Below are positions 59,618 through 64,000 of a stretch of DNA of 64,000 nucleotides, in pieces. Made by a program: the position numbers and the translations under genes. A model generated the notes under the pieces. It had not been told where the DNA came from. It did no database searches and saw only the letters and a list, made by a program, of their open reading frames with translations. Source of the DNA: a virus. Position 1 is the stretch's first letter. The number at the start of each line of letters is the position of its first letter. The stretch is from positions 21,597 through 85,596 of the IMG/VR virus record IMGVR_UViG_3300013286_000009, one strand, 5' to 3'.

Positions 59618-60443
59618 TAGTAGTGTCCTCTGCATGTCGTTTTAATGCGGCCTCGTGCTCGCCTTGTCCTGTACGGCTGTAACTTGGGTTCATACCGTTC
59701 ATCTCTAAAATATCATCCCGGATATTTTGATTGCGTTTTTCGATATTGATAACCCTAACAAAACTGTTAGTAACAGCGGCGGTAAAATAGGCAAACGGAT
59801 TATCGCTTTTACTTTCGTCAAATTGAAGTCCTACTTGCGTTAACTGTAGAATAGCTTGCCCGCGCATTTCGTCATTGTAAGTATAGCCACGAACATTACC
59901 GCGAGTGGCATATCTTTCGCATAGTTTAATCATCATTCGGGCTAGTGTATTGGTAATCTGCCCAGCATCTTTATCAAATTTTCCTTTTGTCAACGTACCT
60001 TTCCAATGGCTTTTGCCCACACATTCTAGCACATCTTCTTCATTAAATTTCCAATGTTGGAATGGCGGAAAGTTTACTTTGTCTCTATGATCAGCTAGAC
60101 TTTTTGGATTTTTCTTACGGGTATTATTCAGCGGAATATGATCAAATGTCATAACTCTGAATATTAATTCTTGTTTGGTAATTTTTTTATAGTCTACCTC
60201 GCAGTCTGCTTGCTTAACTTTTTCCCCTGCTTTTTTTCTAGTAGAATAGTCTAAATCACCGAGTCTTTTGGCTTTATTGCGTTTAGCTTCGGCTGTTGTA
60301 CGTATGTTAATCTTGTCCAAACTCGGAACAATTAAGTCGTATTGGTGATATTCTGGTTGGGTAAAACTACAATAAGATGTTTTGCTACGGTGTATTTCCA
60401 ATAGCATATCTTTATTGTTTAGATAGTTAACTTTTGCTGTCAT
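59574..60443 (-). CDS. gp55: Late transcription sigma factor (gp55-like)
   Basis: NYLNNKD N-terminus, RGYTYNDEM, FDESKSDNPFAYFT...NSF.RVI..EK. Start at 60443 after GAGG. Confidence 0.85.
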   Translation of the reverse strand: MTAKVNYLNNKDMLLEIHRSKTSYCSFTQPEYHQYDLIVPSLDKINIRTTAEAKRNKAKRLGDLDYSTRKKAGEKVKQADCEVDYKKITKQELIFRVMTFDHIPLNNTRKKNPKSLADHRDKVNFPPFQHWKFNEEDVLECVGKSHWKGTLTKGKFDKDAGQITNTLARMMIKLCERYATRGNVRGYTYNDEMRGQAILQLTQVGLQFDESKSDNPFAYFTAAVTNSFVRVINIEKRNQNIRDDILEMNGMNPSYSRTGQGEHEAALKRHAEDTTNETITETPSETPTV

Positions 60444-60464
60444 TAAAGGTTCCTCGTAAAGTAT

Positions 60465-60493
60465 ATTATAAACTACGCACTTATTAAAGTCAA
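60465..60493 (-). promoter_or_regulatory. Sigma70-type promoter for the gp55-gp47-gp46 operon
   Basis: TTGACT (60493-60488), 17-nt spacer, TATAAT (60470-60465). Confidence 0.8.
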
Positions 60494-60500
60494 ATAAATA
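60494..60500 (+). promoter_or_regulatory. Late promoter (ATAAATA) for the baseplate genes
   Basis: ATAAATA, then AGGAG, then ATG 60521. Confidence 0.65.
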
Positions 60501-60520
60501 GAGTATCAGGAGAACCAAAT

Positions 60521-61480
60521 ATGGGTCTATTTAATTCAGTCGGCGGTTTAAACCAAACTGTCGGAGCAGTACAAAGTGCATTTGGCGCAATAGGTGCGGC
60601 ATCCTCGTTAGCAAGTAATCTTTCAAATGCGCTAGGTACAGCCGGGCGACTTGCTGATATTAGTTTGCCAGCATCAGGAGAAGCAGTGGGCGATGTTATG
60701 AGTGCAGTTGCAGTTTTTGGCGGAGGCGACGCTCCTAGTAATGATTGGCGATGCAGATTAAGTCTCCCAACTTGGCCCAGTTTTAGAAAAAGCCCGGTAT
60801 TATCCCCATTAAAAGATGCAGGCGGATTAATATTTCCATACACTCCAACTATTAATATTGCAGAAGCTGCCACTTATACACCAATCAATACAGTGCATAG
60901 CAATTATGGTTTTAATGCGTATAAATCAAGCGACCCAGGAACAATTACTATTGTAGCACCTATGTATTGCGAAGATGCAACACAAGCATTGTACTGGATC
61001 GCGGCACTACATTATTTAAGATCTGCTACCAAAAGCTTCAGTGGAAATGATCCAAAAGCTGGAAACCCACCACCGGTTGTAAAATTTAATGCGTATGGTA
61101 ATTATGTTTTTAAAGATGTGCCAGTTGTCATTACAAGTATTGCAGTTGCGTTACCAAACGATTGCGATTATATCGGGTGTAATGTTACAGGCAGTGCGGC
61201 AGGACAAGTTGCAGGTCTATTAGACGGACTTGGAGGTCTTGCTGGATCACTGGGAGGCGACGGTATATCGGATGTGCTAGGCGGCATCGGACAAATTGCT
61301 GGACTACTTGGAACATTTGGTGTTGGCGGCTCGGTTTCAGGCGGCGTCACACATGTTCCTACGAAGAGTACATTTACTGTTACATTAAAAACTGCCTACA
61401 GCAGAACTAGTGTACGTAAGTTTAGTTTAGATCAATTCGTAACAGGCGGTTACATGAACAGTTCACCGGGATTCATTTAA
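60521..61480 (+). CDS. Baseplate/tail-tube-initiator-like protein
   Basis: GLIFPYTPTI, HSNY, LHYLRS.TK, GNPPP...AYG.YVF.DVPVVI. Directly upstream of the LysM-like wedge gene. Confidence 0.6.
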   Translation: MGLFNSVGGLNQTVGAVQSAFGAIGAASSLASNLSNALGTAGRLADISLPASGEAVGDVMSAVAVFGGGDAPSNDWRCRLSLPTWPSFRKSPVLSPLKDAGGLIFPYTPTINIAEAATYTPINTVHSNYGFNAYKSSDPGTITIVAPMYCEDATQALYWIAALHYLRSATKSFSGNDPKAGNPPPVVKFNAYGNYVFKDVPVVITSIAVALPNDCDYIGCNVTGSAAGQVAGLLDGLGGLAGSLGGDGISDVLGGIGQIAGLLGTFGVGGSVSGGVTHVPTKSTFTVTLKTAYSRTSVRKFSLDQFVTGGYMNSSPGFI

Positions 61481-61481
61481 T

Positions 61482-61784
61482 ATGACAGCTAGATACAATG
61501 ACTTTAGTCCATGGTCATTAACACCGACTACACAAAATTATCTTAACTTACTAACAATAAGACCTGTTCCAGCGGCCAGCGATGATATTTTATATACGAT
61601 AGCCGCTCAGTATAATATGCGTCCTGATTTACTAGCATTTGACTTGTATGGAAATGCTCAACTATGGTGGGTGTTTATACAACGCAACATGGATGTGCTA
61701 CAAGATCCAATATTTGATTTTGTTCCAGGAACCAAGATTTATATCCCTAAGGGATCTAATTTAACAAGCACGTTGGGAATATAA
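61482..61784 (+). CDS. Baseplate wedge LysM-like protein (gp53-like)
   Basis: YNMRPDLLAFDLYG..LWWVF..RN...GTKIYIP. Confidence 0.75.
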   Translation: MTARYNDFSPWSLTPTTQNYLNLLTIRPVPAASDDILYTIAAQYNMRPDLLAFDLYGNAQLWWVFIQRNMDVLQDPIFDFVPGTKIYIPKGSNLTSTLGI

Positions 61785-61785
61785 T

Positions 61786-63993
61786 ATGCCAATAGAAGGT
61801 ATTCAAGGATCCATCGAAGTAAAAGTGTTGCCTACACAAACAACAATAAGTCCAGAAATTCCAATAACTTCAACTCTTGCCTCGGGCTTGACAGCTATTT
61901 CAAAAACTTTTACAAATATAATAACAGGCAAGGCAAATATTGGAAGATTAAAATTGCCCTTACGAAATGAATTTTGGAAATATGCAAGTTATAATTATGT
62001 GTTTACACTGTTTGCCATTGATACAAATTCTTATAATAATCCCGATACTACCTACATGAGAGGTAAAGGCAAATCGTCGGTTATATTATCCGGAGCGGGA
62101 AAACCTAATACTCGAGTTAAAACAGATTTAGGTAAATTTGAATTTTATATGGATGATGTTACTATCAACTGCAAATATAGTTTCGATGGGTTGACGGGAA
62201 ATTCACACGTACAGGACATACAATTTACTGTATACGAGCCTTACAGCATGGGAACCTTTATGTTGGCCCTGCAATCAGCGGCTTTTAAAATGGGTTACCC
62301 AAGCTATTCAGTTTGCAACTTTGTGTTGGCTGTCCAATTCATGGGTGAAGATCAATACGGTTCCATGTCATCTATTCCAAATACAACAAAATATTTTACA
62401 TTTACCTTTAACGGGAATATAGAAATGGAAGTTGACCAGGGCGGAGCAAAATACGTTTGTACAGCCAAAGCAAGTTCTGAAAGTGCGTTATTACATTCGA
62501 ACATCAATTTAACAAGTGAAATATCATTTGCTGGCCGAACAATAGAAGAAGTATTAAATACCCACCCACAAAGTTTTGCGGCGGTATATAATAAAAGATT
62601 AAGAGAAATTGCATTTGATAATGGATTTTATCCTGACGAAATAGCAATATTATTTCCAGCCGACATTGCCAGCGCACCGGCATCGTCTGCCGCAGATGCT
62701 AATTCTTCTGACAAGCCGACAGTGGATGCAAACGGAGATTCATCCCCAGATTTATTAACTGTGGTAGGTGTATCTCGCAACGGTAATACTAATAATTTAA
62801 TACAATCTTCCCCTGTGAATGAAATAGGTCTATCATTAATTGGAGTAGGTCCTACTCGAGAAGGTCTTCCTGAAAGTTTTGGTGCAAAGATATATGACGA
62901 AAAAACCAGGCAGTGGGATCAACAATTAATTCAAAAAAATCTAACACTTACTACCTATCAAATGCAACAAGACAGTACTATTATTAACGCAATTAATCAA
63001 GTAATACTATCTAGTGAATACTCGGCAAAGGTATTAAAAACTAAACCTGATGACTTAGGCATGCGTAGAATGTGGAATATTATTCCAAGCGAGTATCATA
63101 TTGAAAATAAAGAAACTGTTAAAGTCAAAGGCCGCAAACCAAGATTGCTTGTATATAGAATAGTACCGTATCAAGTATTAGCAACCACGCAACCAATACC
63201 TGGAAGCAATATTGCTGCCGATCAATATACAAAATTACTTGCACAAGTTCCTAAGGCATACGATTACTTTTATACTGGAAAAAATACAGATATTATTAAT
63301 TTACAAATAAAATTTAATAATGATTTTGCGGCATATACTGCTAATGATAATTTTAGAAGAAGTCTTGAACTTGAAACAGCAGAAGGCAGATTGCGTACTA
63401 AAGAATCTGATATTGTATTTGATAAAGCTAATCCTATTTACACACCAGAAAAAGGTATACAGAATGTCATGAATTTTATCGGTACCGCCGCCGGAACTAA
63501 TAAGAAAGGTGGTGGTCCGAACGACACAGAAGATCATCGTGCAACACGTTCCTTCTTCGATGCTATGCTTTACGGTAAAGGTATGATGAATGTTGAAATG
63601 GAAATTCACGGCGATCCGTTTTGGTTAGGTAGCAGTGGCAGCGGTAACTACCGAGCAAAAGAAACTATGTACACAAATGTAAACAGCGATCTAAGCGCCA
63701 ATATACACAACGGTGAAGTAGATATGATAATACGTTTTAGAACACCAACTGATATTAATGACAGGACTGGCCTGTATAATTTAAATGGCAGTAAAGCATT
63801 GTTACAATACAGTGGAATATATAAAGTACTAAAAGTAGAACATAGATTTGTAGACGGAAAATTTACACAAAAACTCTATGCACAGAAACATCAAATTGAA
63901 GGCGGCATTGCTGATGGCAAGTCTTATAATACTGAAAAACAACAACCTAAAACAACGATTGACGCTGGCGCAAAAAGTCCGCCTTCGCCTTAA
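61786..63993 (+). CDS. Baseplate hub-like protein (gp27/late-control-D-type)
   Basis: F.V.EPYS, YDYFYTGKN.DI, MEIHGDPFWL, SGIYKV.KVEH.F..G.FTQ.L. Confidence 0.6.
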   Translation: MPIEGIQGSIEVKVLPTQTTISPEIPITSTLASGLTAISKTFTNIITGKANIGRLKLPLRNEFWKYASYNYVFTLFAIDTNSYNNPDTTYMRGKGKSSVILSGAGKPNTRVKTDLGKFEFYMDDVTINCKYSFDGLTGNSHVQDIQFTVYEPYSMGTFMLALQSAAFKMGYPSYSVCNFVLAVQFMGEDQYGSMSSIPNTTKYFTFTFNGNIEMEVDQGGAKYVCTAKASSESALLHSNINLTSEISFAGRTIEEVLNTHPQSFAAVYNKRLREIAFDNGFYPDEIAILFPADIASAPASSAADANSSDKPTVDANGDSSPDLLTVVGVSRNGNTNNLIQSSPVNEIGLSLIGVGPTREGLPESFGAKIYDEKTRQWDQQLIQKNLTLTTYQMQQDSTIINAINQVILSSEYSAKVLKTKPDDLGMRRMWNIIPSEYHIENKETVKVKGRKPRLLVYRIVPYQVLATTQPIPGSNIAADQYTKLLAQVPKAYDYFYTGKNTDIINLQIKFNNDFAAYTANDNFRRSLELETAEGRLRTKESDIVFDKANPIYTPEKGIQNVMNFIGTAAGTNKKGGGPNDTEDHRATRSFFDAMLYGKGMMNVEMEIHGDPFWLGSSGSGNYRAKETMYTNVNSDLSANIHNGEVDMIIRFRTPTDINDRTGLYNLNGSKALLQYSGIYKVLKVEHRFVDGKFTQKLYAQKHQIEGGIADGKSYNTEKQQPKTTIDAGAKSPPSP

Positions 63994-64000
63994 AGGATAA

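Noticed and set aside
59574-60518. ORF-track N-terminal extensions for gp55 (and similarly for gp47, 49227..49535, 53281 and 10622)
   Set aside because: Downstream ATGs fit better with SDs, promoter positions or family N-termini. The extensions run through promoters or neighbouring genes.
1-64000. Possible stop-codon reassignment: no called gene ends in TAG
   Set aside because: All recognisable genes are intact under the standard code with no TAG or TGA interruptions. TAG avoidance alone is common in AT-rich phages.

Overview
A 64-kb segment of a large, AT-rich, T4-related (probably jumbo) myophage genome. It has four parts. (1) 1-12.2 kb: a dense tailoring-enzyme island with four flavin-dependent halogenase-family genes, eight complete 2OG-Fe(II) oxygenase-fold genes plus one partial, and one conserved unknown. 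(2) 12.2-45 kb: a minus-strand fibre/appendage region with three paralogous polyglycine adhesin-like proteins, a chaperone-containing fibre, two paralogous giant virion proteins (3706 and 2708 aa) and several modular fibre/adaptor proteins. (3) 45-51 kb: the head module (major capsid, scaffold, prohead protease, acidic core protein, portal). (4) 51-64 kb: a tape-measure-like gene, a gp26-like gene with a probable -1 frameshift extension, a GIY-YIG gene followed by a roughly 470-nt highly structured non-coding element, gp46/gp47, a gp55-like late sigma factor and baseplate genes. The leading candidates for undescribed biology are the GIY-YIG plus structured non-coding element, the halogenase/oxygenase island next to Trp/His-loop polyglycine adhesins (possible virion-protein modification system), the unannotated -1 frameshift, two structured 5' leader RNAs, and phycobiliprotein-like Cys-x-Arg-Asp repeats in the giant virion protein. 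All calls come from reading motifs by eye; no searches or folding computations were run.
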